From Bacteroidales bacterium (lineage in GTDB: Bacteria; Bacteroidota; Bacteroidia; Bacteroidales; UBA4181), in contig JAISOY010000173.1 of NCBI GenBank assembly GCA_031275285.1, positions 1,098-65,097 on the forward strand: a stretch of 64,000 nucleotides of DNA, read 5' to 3'. Of the stretch, positions 30,200-39,138 are shown piece by piece. Numbering within the stretch: the stretch's first letter is position 1; each line of letters opens with the position of its first letter. A program made the translations under genes and the position numbers. Under the pieces are notes generated by a model that made no database searches, was not told the DNA's origin, and worked only from the letters and a program-made list of their open reading frames with translations.

Positions 30200-31533
30200 G
30201 GACGATTCAGGTTTTGTTTGCCCTATTGATAACAGGCAATACAGTCATGGCGCAGGAATACCCGCAGAAGTTCTCTTTGCAACAATGCCTCGACTTTGCC
30301 GTCAATAACAGCTATGCCGCGCATAGGGCAAATCTCGATGTCAGTGAGGCAGGTTATCAGATAAACGAAGCCCGGTCGAACGTATTGCCGCATATAAACG
30401 CTTCGGGCGGTTTCGACCATAGCTTGGTTTTGCCCACAACGATGTTGCCCGGCGAACTTATCGGCGAAAGCGGAACGCAAATCCCTGTTCAGATGGGTTC
30501 AAAGAACGAATTGGATTTTGACGTTTCCGTTGAACAAGTAATCTTTTCGCCAACCTTATTCACAGGAATTAAGATAGCCAAGAACAATCAGGAACTTCAA
30601 AGGCTTCGAGCAGCTATGACAAGAGAAGAAGTGATTTTCGATGTAAGCAATGCCTTCTATGACATTCTTAATAGCATGCAGGAATTGGAAAACATCCATT
30701 ATATGGTATCCATGCAGGATTCGCTTTATCAGCTAATGGAAAAACGGGTGGAAGAAAACGTAACGCGGGAAGTCGATTTGAACCGTATCAAAGTAAACCT
30801 GACCAATTTACGGGCAAGAGGCAAAAATATGAATAATACTATATTGCAGCAGAAACGTTATCTGCAAATCCTGATCGGTATTCCCATTGAAGATGCTTTT
30901 GAGGTGGACGATTCGGAAGTTCAAAGCATTGGTCTATCCGAACTCCGAGGCTACTCACAGCCACAAAACAGAATAGAACTTGATGTGCTGAATAAGCAAA
31001 AAGAAATGTTAGAACTCGAAATCCGTAGCCATAAAATGGAGTATCTGCCGACGTTATCGGCTATCGCCACCGCCGGGTATCAATTTCAGTCGAACCGGCT
31101 GAATCTGACGAGAGATCCGTGGTATAGCTCTGCCATTGTCGGCGTTCGTTTAACCATTCCAATCTTCGACGGTTTGGGCAAACGAAGCCGGATAAGACGG
31201 AAACAAACACAACTGCAAAGTTTGGATTGGGATATTCGGGAAACCCGCCAAAGCCTGTCCGCCGATTACCTGAATGCGAGAAACGGACTGGAGATGACCT
31301 ATGAGTTGGTGCAAGTGCAATCCGAGAACCTGAAACTGGCAGAGAAAGTATATACCCAAACAATGGCATTATATACCGAAGGTTTGGCGAGTATAACAGA
31401 CCTCCTTGAAACGGAAACCTCTCTGCATGAAGTAAAAATAGCCTATACCACAGAACTTATCCGCTACAAAAAGACAGAAATAGATTTGTTGAAAGCAAGC
31501 GGCACACTTAAATACTTATTAAGCAACAATTAA
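30196..31533 (+). CDS. TolC family outer-membrane efflux protein
   Basis: 445 aa. Signal peptide and two OEP-like repeats (LSLQQCLDFAVNNS..., coiled segments). Confidence 0.88.
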   Translation: MRTIQVLFALLITGNTVMAQEYPQKFSLQQCLDFAVNNSYAAHRANLDVSEAGYQINEARSNVLPHINASGGFDHSLVLPTTMLPGELIGESGTQIPVQMGSKNELDFDVSVEQVIFSPTLFTGIKIAKNNQELQRLRAAMTREEVIFDVSNAFYDILNSMQELENIHYMVSMQDSLYQLMEKRVEENVTREVDLNRIKVNLTNLRARGKNMNNTILQQKRYLQILIGIPIEDAFEVDDSEVQSIGLSELRGYSQPQNRIELDVLNKQKEMLELEIRSHKMEYLPTLSAIATAGYQFQSNRLNLTRDPWYSSAIVGVRLTIPIFDGLGKRSRIRRKQTQLQSLDWDIRETRQSLSADYLNARNGLEMTYELVQVQSENLKLAEKVYTQTMALYTEGLASITDLLETETSLHEVKIAYTTELIRYKKTEIDLLKASGTLKYLLSNN

Positions 31534-31535
31534 AA

Positions 31536-32594
31536 ATGAAATCCAAAATAGTAACCCCAATTATAGTAACCGTTTCCATTGTCGGTCTTATCGCATGGAA
31601 GCTGGTCGATAATAAACAGGCCATTGACCGGAATGCTGAATTATCATTGACCGTAAACACAGTCGTTCCCGTTATGGTTGAGAAACCCCGATATGTGGAG
31701 TTGAGTGAAAAAATCAGCGTAAACGGTCGTATTGATTCGGAAAACGAGGTAGCTGTTTATTCAAAGACACAGGGTATTGTCATAAAGAAATACAATAAGG
31801 TAGGCGATGTTGTCAGCCGGGGGACGGTAATCGCTCAACTTGAAAATAACGTAATACGGGAAAACCTGCGGCTCTCCGAACTGGATTTAGCGAAAGCGCA
31901 AAAAGATGTAGAGCGTTTTCAAAACCTTGTATCCATTGGCGCGGTAACGGTACGGGAACTGGAAGAATCCCAAATTACCTTACGCAGTATTGAGAGTAGG
32001 ATAACAGACCTACAAGACCAACTTCGCCATACGACCATTACGTCCCCCACCTCCGGCATCATTAACAAAGATTATTTCGAAGAAGGGACATTGCTTTCTG
32101 TTGGTAGTAGTGTTGTGGATATTGTGGATAATAAAATATTGAAAATGGTTGCCAATGTAACCGAAAAGGAAGTATTAAAGCTAAAAGTAGGCATGGAAGC
32201 GGTCATTACGACAGACCTATATCCCGGCAACACATTTACAGGCACAATCGAGGCTATTTCTCCTAAAAGCAACGACAGATACTATTATTCAGTAGAATTG
32301 TCATTGAACGACCATCAACTCAAACCCGGTATGTTCGCCACCGCTATTTTTAATGTGGACGGGAATAACTGCAATACTCCCGTAGTAAGCCGGGAGGCTA
32401 TTGTCGGCGGACTAAAAGCCCCTCATGTGTTTGTGATACGAGATTCTAAAGCCTATAAAGTAGCCGTACAGGTTGGCATTTCGGACGGAGAATATATTGA
32501 AATAGCCGATGGTATATCGTCTGGTGATACCATTGTGAAAAGCGGACAAATCAATTTGATTGATGGTACAGAGGTATCCATTCTAAACTTATAA
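31536..32594 (+). CDS. RND efflux periplasmic adaptor (MFP/HlyD family)
   Basis: N-terminal anchor, lipoyl/hairpin/beta-barrel pattern (ITSPTSGIINKDYFEEG). Located between the TolC-like and RND genes. Confidence 0.9.
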   Translation: MKSKIVTPIIVTVSIVGLIAWKLVDNKQAIDRNAELSLTVNTVVPVMVEKPRYVELSEKISVNGRIDSENEVAVYSKTQGIVIKKYNKVGDVVSRGTVIAQLENNVIRENLRLSELDLAKAQKDVERFQNLVSIGAVTVRELEESQITLRSIESRITDLQDQLRHTTITSPTSGIINKDYFEEGTLLSVGSSVVDIVDNKILKMVANVTEKEVLKLKVGMEAVITTDLYPGNTFTGTIEAISPKSNDRYYYSVELSLNDHQLKPGMFATAIFNVDGNNCNTPVVSREAIVGGLKAPHVFVIRDSKAYKVAVQVGISDGEYIEIADGISSGDTIVKSGQINLIDGTEVSILNL

Positions 32595-32597
32595 AAC

Positions 32598-35500
32598 ATG
32601 AACATCATAAAAATGTCAATCACTCGTCCGACTACCGTTGTCGTGATGTTTGTCATACTCGCTTTTTTCGGCGTTTATTCTTTGACACAGCTTAATAGGG
32701 AATTAATGCCCCGCATGGAGTTTGACGTTATTTCCATCAGCACCCTATATCCGGGAGCAGGAGCCTGCGAAGTAGAAAATTCCGTAACCAAAAAGATAGA
32801 AGATGCCGTCTCTTCTATCGAAGGAATTGAAGAGATTACTTCTACCTCAATAGAAAACTTCTCTTTGGTAACTATCCGGTTAAAGGCCGAAAGTAATTTG
32901 GATAAAGCCATTCAAAATGCACAGCGAAAGGTAAATGCCATACGTTCCGATCTGCCAGAGAGCGTGAAAGAACCGTCTATCAATGATTTCAGCCTCGCAG
33001 ATATTCCCATTATGACAATCGGAACAGTCGCCAATATGGGCGAAACCGGATTTTATGACCTTATCGACCACGAAATAAAACCCGCTTTGGAGAGAATACC
33101 TGGTGTGGCACAAGTTACACTTATCGGTGGGAATGAACGTGAAATACAGGTAAATATCAATGAGGAAAGAATGGCGGCATACGGGCTTTCCATTCTCGAC
33201 ATTAGTAATGTATTGATTAACTCTAACCTTGACTTCCCTACCGGAAAAATAAAAAGCAACAATAAACAAACGCAAATCCGTTTACAGGGGAAATATAACA
33301 GCCTTGCCGATATTGAGAATGTGATATTGAAGTATTTGCCCGATGGAACAGCCGTAAAAGTGAAGAATGTTGCGGATGTACACGATGGGAGCAAGGAAGT
33401 CGAAACCCTTAGCCGGATAAATGGAATACCATCTATCGGTATCACAATACAACGTTCTGCTGATGCCAATACCGTAGAAATATCCGAAACAACACGGAGG
33501 ATACTGGATGCCTTAGAATCAGAATATGAAGCCTCCGGGTTACACTTCACGATAGCGGCTGATAATGCCGAATTTACATTGGAAGCCTCCAACTCTGTAA
33601 TGATCGACCTTGTAATAGCCATCATTCTGGTAGCCTTTACAATGCTACTCTTTTTATGCAGTGTGCGAAACTCCATTATTGTTTCCATAGCCATTCCGCT
33701 ATCGCTCGTTTCCACGTTCATCGTCATGTATCTATTTGGTTTCAGCCTTAACCTGATGTCGCTGTTAGCTATAACACTTGTAGTTGGTATTTTGGTTGAT
33801 GATGCCATTGTCGTTATTGAGAATATCCACCGCCACATGGAAATGGGGAAAAACAGAATGCAGGCGGCATACGACGGGCTTCGGGAGATAGGCGGTACAA
33901 TCGTTTCCATTACGCTGGTGCTGGTGGTCGTATTTATCCCTATTTCTCTGACACAAGGCATTATTGCCAATGTATTCCGCCAATTTGCCGTTACTATCGC
34001 CATCGCCGTACTGTTCAGCCTGTTGGTTTCATTTACCGTAGTACCGTTGCTTTACTCCCGATTTGGAAAGATAAACGAGTTCAACCGTGAGGGCTTTATC
34101 GGACGAGGCATTCAGGCTCTCGAGAACCGAATAGAGAGGATAGCCAAATGGTTTTCAAGTCTTTTAGCTTGGTCTTTGTCGCATAAGCTGATTACGTTGC
34201 TGGTTACTCTTATGGCTCTGACAGGCTCTGTAAGCCTGATAGCATTCGGTTTTATCGGAAGCAACTTCGCGCCGATGGGCGATCAGGGACAATTTGTGAT
34301 GAAGCTGGAACTGCCCCGCGATGTTACAATCGAACAATCCAACCAGATCACTTACCAAGCTGAAAATATTTTGAGAAGTAGCCCCTTAGTCGAAACCGTA
34401 TTTACCACCGTAGGCGCAGAAGAAAACGGACAACCACAAGCCCGTTTAGCAGACCTGCGGGTAAAGATGATTCCACATAACCGGCGCAATATTTCAACTT
34501 CCGATTTCTCACGGGAAGCTAAACTTTTTCTACAACAGCACATACCCGGAGCGCAAATATGGGTGGCAACAACCGACCTGATGGGGAATATAGATGAAGC
34601 TCCGATACAGTATTACATTATCGGACATCATATTGATTCCGTGCGGATGGCAGCCGATCGTCTTCTCCATAATATAAAATCCGTAAAAGGGATAATCGAT
34701 CCCAAATTATCAGCCGAAGAAAGCAGTCCCGAAATCAGTATCATTCCCGACCGTGAAAAGATGGCGGCTTTAGGAATCCCTTTTGAAATGTTAGGCATGG
34801 CGTTGGGTAACGCATTTGCCGGAAACAACGATGCAAAATTCAGGCAAAACGAATATGAATACGACATCAATATACGCCTTGATAATTTCGACCGCAGGAG
34901 TATGGCAGACGTTGAAAACCTTACATTCATAAATACCTTCGGCGAAGCCATCAAACTGAAACAGTTTGCACGAATAGAAGAAAGCAATGCGCCGGGTATT
35001 TTGGAACGCCGTAACCGTAGTGCTTGCATAACGCTGAATTGTCAGGTCGGCACTCGTCCCATCGGCGACATCGGGCAGGACATTAGCCAAATAATAAACT
35101 CCCTCGATTTGCCGGAAAACATCACGATAATTCCCGGTGGCGAACTTGAAATGCAGGACGAAAGTTTTGGTACAATGGGCGTGGCGCTCATCATTTCCAT
35201 TCTGTTGGTTTATCTCATCATGGTATTATTATACAATAACTACGTCTATCCCTTTGTCGTATTAATCTCTATTCCTCTTGCTATAATCGGCGCACTGCTC
35301 GCTTTGGCTCTGACGATGGATACCCTAAACCTGTTTACCCTGTTGGGCTTACTTGCACTCATAGGGCTTGTCGCCAAAAACGCCATCATCTTAGTCGATT
35401 TCACTAACCAGTCGAAAGAAAAAGGCATGGAACTGAAAGCCGCTCTCATCGAAGCCACCCGCCAACGCTTTCGCCCAATCCTAATGACAACGGCTGCAAC

Positions 35501-35702
35501 GGTAATAGGTATGCTTCCTATTGCATTGGCAACCGGAGCAGGAGCCGAATGGAAAAACGGTCTGGCTTGGGTTATGATCGGGGGATTGGTTAGTTCAATG
35601 TTTCTAACGCTTATTGTCGTGCCGGTGGTTTATTACGTGATGGATAAAATGTTGGCAAAAGTGGGATTGGGTAAGAAAAAAGTTATTGAAATAAAAGAAT
35701 AA
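32598..35702 (+). CDS. RND efflux transporter permease (AcrB/HAE1 family)
   Basis: 1034 aa with 12-TM architecture. The N-terminus MSITRPTTVVVMFV and the segment GILVDDAIVVIENI are typical of this family. Confidence 0.93.
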   Translation: MNIIKMSITRPTTVVVMFVILAFFGVYSLTQLNRELMPRMEFDVISISTLYPGAGACEVENSVTKKIEDAVSSIEGIEEITSTSIENFSLVTIRLKAESNLDKAIQNAQRKVNAIRSDLPESVKEPSINDFSLADIPIMTIGTVANMGETGFYDLIDHEIKPALERIPGVAQVTLIGGNEREIQVNINEERMAAYGLSILDISNVLINSNLDFPTGKIKSNNKQTQIRLQGKYNSLADIENVILKYLPDGTAVKVKNVADVHDGSKEVETLSRINGIPSIGITIQRSADANTVEISETTRRILDALESEYEASGLHFTIAADNAEFTLEASNSVMIDLVIAIILVAFTMLLFLCSVRNSIIVSIAIPLSLVSTFIVMYLFGFSLNLMSLLAITLVVGILVDDAIVVIENIHRHMEMGKNRMQAAYDGLREIGGTIVSITLVLVVVFIPISLTQGIIANVFRQFAVTIAIAVLFSLLVSFTVVPLLYSRFGKINEFNREGFIGRGIQALENRIERIAKWFSSLLAWSLSHKLITLLVTLMALTGSVSLIAFGFIGSNFAPMGDQGQFVMKLELPRDVTIEQSNQITYQAENILRSSPLVETVFTTVGAEENGQPQARLADLRVKMIPHNRRNISTSDFSREAKLFLQQHIPGAQIWVATTDLMGNIDEAPIQYYIIGHHIDSVRMAADRLLHNIKSVKGIIDPKLSAEESSPEISIIPDREKMAALGIPFEMLGMALGNAFAGNNDAKFRQNEYEYDINIRLDNFDRRSMADVENLTFINTFGEAIKLKQFARIEESNAPGILERRNRSACITLNCQVGTRPIGDIGQDISQIINSLDLPENITIIPGGELEMQDESFGTMGVALIISILLVYLIMVLLYNNYVYPFVVLISIPLAIIGALLALALTMDTLNLFTLLGLLALIGLVAKNAIILVDFTNQSKEKGMELKAALIEATRQRFRPILMTTAATVIGMLPIALATGAGAEWKNGLAWVMIGGLVSSMFLTLIVVPVVYYVMDKMLAKVGLGKKKVIEIKE

Positions 35703-35704
35703 CA

Positions 35705-36574
35705 ATGAAACAAATTTTACAAACCATTGCATACAAAAGTATTTATGGTGTTGTTTATGCCATAAGCCTACTACCTATGACCTTCTTGTATGCAATGGCT
35801 TCATTTACTTTTTTCCTTGCCTATCATGTTATTGAATATAGGAAAGCGGTCGTGATTCAGAATATTTCACGTTCTTTTCCCGATATGAAATATGCAGAAA
35901 TCCGCTGTGTGGTAAAGAAATTCTACACCTGCTTTACCGCCTACTTTGCCGAAATACTTAAAAGTATATCCGCTCCGGCAAAGGTTCTTGATAAGAAGAT
36001 AACGTTTGAAAACTTGGAACTTATAGACAGGCATATGAACGCTGGACGGAATATCATTGCTTGTTTGGGTCATTGCGGAAATTGGGAAATGTTGAACTTT
36101 ATGCCTTATAAACTTTACCACGATATGTATGCCGTTTATAAGCCTCTGCGGTCAGGTATAATGAACAGATTAATGATTAAACTCCGGTCACGGTTCGGAA
36201 TGAAGTTAATACCTGACAAATCGGTTATACGTCATATTCTGACACAAAAATCATCCCCTGCGGTTTATCTGTTTTTGTCCGACCAATGCCCCCGGATAAA
36301 AGATGATAAATATAAATTCGAGTTGTTGAATCAGGAAACCTATTTCTTTTCGGGCATGGAGAAGCTGGCGCGTATAAGTCGGTCGGCAGTTATCTACCTG
36401 CATATTACACAGCTATCAAAAGGAAATTATAAAGTAACGTGTATCCCTGTATGCTCCAAAGCAGAATCTACGAATGAAGGAGAAATAAGCCAAAAATATG
36501 TTGATTTACTGACTGAAAATATCAAAGAAGAACCATACGGTTGGCTATGGACGCATAAACGGTGGAAAAGATAA
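35705..36574 (+). CDS. LpxL/HtrB-type lipid A (lysophospholipid) acyltransferase family protein
   Basis: N-terminal TM, catalytic-dyad region GHCGNWE, C-terminal YGWLWTHKRWK typical of the family. Confidence 0.8.
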   Translation: MKQILQTIAYKSIYGVVYAISLLPMTFLYAMASFTFFLAYHVIEYRKAVVIQNISRSFPDMKYAEIRCVVKKFYTCFTAYFAEILKSISAPAKVLDKKITFENLELIDRHMNAGRNIIACLGHCGNWEMLNFMPYKLYHDMYAVYKPLRSGIMNRLMIKLRSRFGMKLIPDKSVIRHILTQKSSPAVYLFLSDQCPRIKDDKYKFELLNQETYFFSGMEKLARISRSAVIYLHITQLSKGNYKVTCIPVCSKAESTNEGEISQKYVDLLTENIKEEPYGWLWTHKRWKR

Positions 36575-36726
36575 AACAATGATCTGACAATTAATAATCT
36601 CAAAAAAATATAATTATGGACAGTTCTTAAAAATTAAAACGAAAGCCACTAAAAAATCAAGGATAGACTTAGCAATTGACTTATGATATCGTATGAACTT
36701 TCTTTTGATTACATCTTAAAAAACAA

Positions 36727-37375
36727 TTGTATATGAAAGAATTATTCGACACGAAGTTATTCAGTCTATTGTCTGAAGCTTCAACAGTAACAAACCGTGA
36801 AATACAGAATGCCTATGGGCACTTTATGGAACAAATAGAATCTATTGGTCAATTCGAAACTGATTTCTCGAAAATCTTTCGATTATTGACTTATTCTCGT
36901 ATAGAGCTTAAAACATTACAAACACAAATCTTATACGAGCAGGAAAAAAAATGCGCTCAAAAATCTCTATATCCAAAAAGCAATATGGTTCCTTGAATCT
37001 GAAATTGAGTTATTAAAACTCAAAATTCACTCCCCGCAATCACTCCAACAATCAATTGAGCAGACATTTAAATCTACTTTATCACTCATACCTAAATTTC
37101 CGAATCTGGGAATAATGGGCATGACAGAATTACTCACTTCTATAGAATTGTTAGGTGGTATTGATGATGCAGGTAAAAATCCTTCAAAAATAGCATTTGC
37201 CAATGTTTTTGAACAGAGTTTTGGATTCAGTTTCAATGATATTTATGATTGCCAAAGAGAGCTTTTCAAACGAAAGCCTTATAATCTGACTAAAACGCTT
37301 GATGCGTTGAAATCTGCTCTCATCAAAGAATACAATAAACGAAAAGCCCAAAAAGAAAAAGATGAAAAAAGATGA
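36727..37375 (+). pseudogene. RteC-like regulator gene interrupted by a +1 frameshift near an A8 run (36944-36951)
   Basis: Frame 1 runs 36727-36996. Frame 2 is open from 36905 to 37375 and encodes the RteC-like C-terminus (...ELLTSIELLGGIDDAGKNPSKIAFANVFEQSFGF...RKPYNLTKTLDALK). Removing one A would fuse the two frames. Confidence 0.6.
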
Positions 37376-37413
37376 TTTTATAACCGGTTGATATACTATT
37401 TCTTACAAATACG

Positions 37414-37447
37414 AAATAGAGGGTCTGTACCAGATACCTCTATTTTT
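37414..37447 (+). terminator. rho-independent terminator after the RteC-like gene
   Basis: 9-bp perfect stem AAATAGAGG / CCTCTATTT with a 14-nt loop, followed by TT. Confidence 0.55.
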
Positions 37448-37525
37448 ATACCTTCATTCGTATGACCTTTGTCGTACCAATGCATTGGAATTAATCGAGT
37501 TATTAATTTCAAAACAAGTAGAATT

Positions 37526-37840
37526 ATGTATATCAATAATGATGATTTTGACAAATGGATGGAGAAGCTATCCAAAAAACTGAATGAGATTGGTCAGGAC
37601 TTAAAGTCACTGGTAAATACAACGGAAATATTCGATAAGGATGAAAAGCTATTGGACAATCAGGACTTGGCATTTCTGCTCAAAACCTCCTATCGTACAC
37701 TCCAACGGCACAGGACAAGCGGCAAGCTTCCGTATTTTATGATCGGACACAAAACCTATTACCGGGCTTCCGATGTCAGGGAATTTATACGGAATCATGG
37801 CAACAGCGGTATGATGTCTGAACTGGACAAGCAAACGTAA
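37526..37840 (+). CDS. excisionase-like HTH (HTH_17/MerR-like) DNA-binding protein
   Basis: C-terminal LAFLLKTSYRTLQRHRTSGKLPYFMIGHKTYYRASDVREFI resembles HTH_17 proteins of Bacteroidetes mobile elements. Start chosen at MYINNDD. Confidence 0.7.
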   Translation: MYINNDDFDKWMEKLSKKLNEIGQDLKSLVNTTEIFDKDEKLLDNQDLAFLLKTSYRTLQRHRTSGKLPYFMIGHKTYYRASDVREFIRNHGNSGMMSELDKQT

Positions 37841-37865
37841 CCGCATGTATCCGCCTCTCTCCAAC

Positions 37866-37930
37866 AAATATTTTTCTTTTCGAACGTCCCCTCACCAACC
37901 CCTTTGGGGACTTTGAAAAGAGAAATATTT
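37866..37930 (+). terminator. long imperfect hairpin (about 25-bp stem) downstream of the HTH gene
   Basis: AAATATTTTTCTTTTC...GTCCCC-loop-GGGGAC...GAAAAGAGAAATATTT, followed by CTTTT. Confidence 0.4.
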
Positions 37931-38244
37931 CTTTTATATGTTGTTGTAACCGTTATTGCAAGCGGTTGTTAGTAGAATTTAGATTATGAGTTTTTTCAAG
38001 TAAATTCAATAATGATGATGATGGCTTGTTGAAAGATGGAAATAACTTTTAGCGTAGCGTTAAAAAAGTTATTCTGTCTTTCAATAAGCTCTCCCATGAA
38101 CTATATCTGTTTTCCTCGTTTGCGTCTTTTGGCTTTGTGTTGCCGTTGTTTTTTCATTCTATTCCTTCTCTATTACTTGGGAATTATCCCTGCAACCTAT
38201 AACTTTGCGGCTGCCAAATAATCATACTACAAAAGATGATTTAG

Positions 38245-39117
38245 ATGCATGATTATACAATGGAAAAAAGCAAAGAATTATCAATAGTTAAAGAACTTAC
38301 AAACGTAAATGATGACAGTCGCATTGCCGTAAATGACATTGGATGGACAAGCCGTGTTTATATCGTAGATAATGGGTTGTTTGTATTTAAATTCCTGAAA
38401 AACAGGGAGTATAAAGAGGAACTCGAACATGAGATAAACATATTGAAACGAATAAGGGAATACGAGTTTAATGTAAATATTCCTTTAATCAATCATATCG
38501 GTGAAGATACCGCTTACATTGGTTTTCGTGGTGTGGCAGGAAAGTCTATGACAACAGAAATCGTTCGTAAACTGAACGAAGAGCAAAAAAGAAAAATCGG
38601 CACTCAAATAGGCTTGTTCTTAAAAAAACTTCATGCTATTGATTACAAAGGTGAAAGCCCGAATGATGAAAACAGTATAATCGAATGGTTTCAAGCATCT
38701 TTCAGTAAGGGAAAGCGCACATTGGAAAAATATTTTAATGAAAAAGAACTCAATTCCATTGAAGAGCTTGTAACAAGTCTACCACAAAAATCGGCAAAGC
38801 TTGGTATAGAAGAAGTTTTTTGTCATGGAGATTTAGGTTATAATAATATTCTGTTAACCGATGATTTTGAGGTTGGCATAATAGATTTTGGCGATGCCGG
38901 AAATCTTGATAAATCGTATGATTTTATTGGAATTGAAGACGATACTATTTTGGATGCAGCAATATTAATGTATGGCGATAACGACGTTTTAAGGGAAAAA
39001 GTCGCCGTAAGACGACAATTGCTTCCGCTGATGGAAATGTTATTTCTGATTGACCGAAAAGAATGGGACGAAGTAAAAATATGTGCAGACAAAATGCGCG
39101 TTAATGTAATTTCCTAA
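38245..39117 (+). CDS. aminoglycoside phosphotransferase (APH) family protein, APH(2'')-like motifs
   Basis: Kinase-fold motifs FCHGDLGYNNILL (HGDxxxxN) and IIDFGDAGNLDKSYDF. About 290 aa. Confidence 0.75.
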   Translation: MHDYTMEKSKELSIVKELTNVNDDSRIAVNDIGWTSRVYIVDNGLFVFKFLKNREYKEELEHEINILKRIREYEFNVNIPLINHIGEDTAYIGFRGVAGKSMTTEIVRKLNEEQKRKIGTQIGLFLKKLHAIDYKGESPNDENSIIEWFQASFSKGKRTLEKYFNEKELNSIEELVTSLPQKSAKLGIEEVFCHGDLGYNNILLTDDFEVGIIDFGDAGNLDKSYDFIGIEDDTILDAAILMYGDNDVLREKVAVRRQLLPLMEMLFLIDRKEWDEVKICADKMRVNVIS

Positions 39118-39138
39118 TGCTGATATAATTCAGCCAAG

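Noticed and set aside
33053-34003. 316-aa minus-strand ORF inside the RND permease gene (and 34628-35090)
   Set aside because: Antisense to a 1034-aa AcrB-family gene with clear family motifs. No independent signals.
38036-38221. 61-aa ORF in the non-coding stretch before the APH gene
   Set aside because: Hydrophobic low-complexity product with no start context. It could be a leader or small membrane peptide, but there is no supporting evidence.
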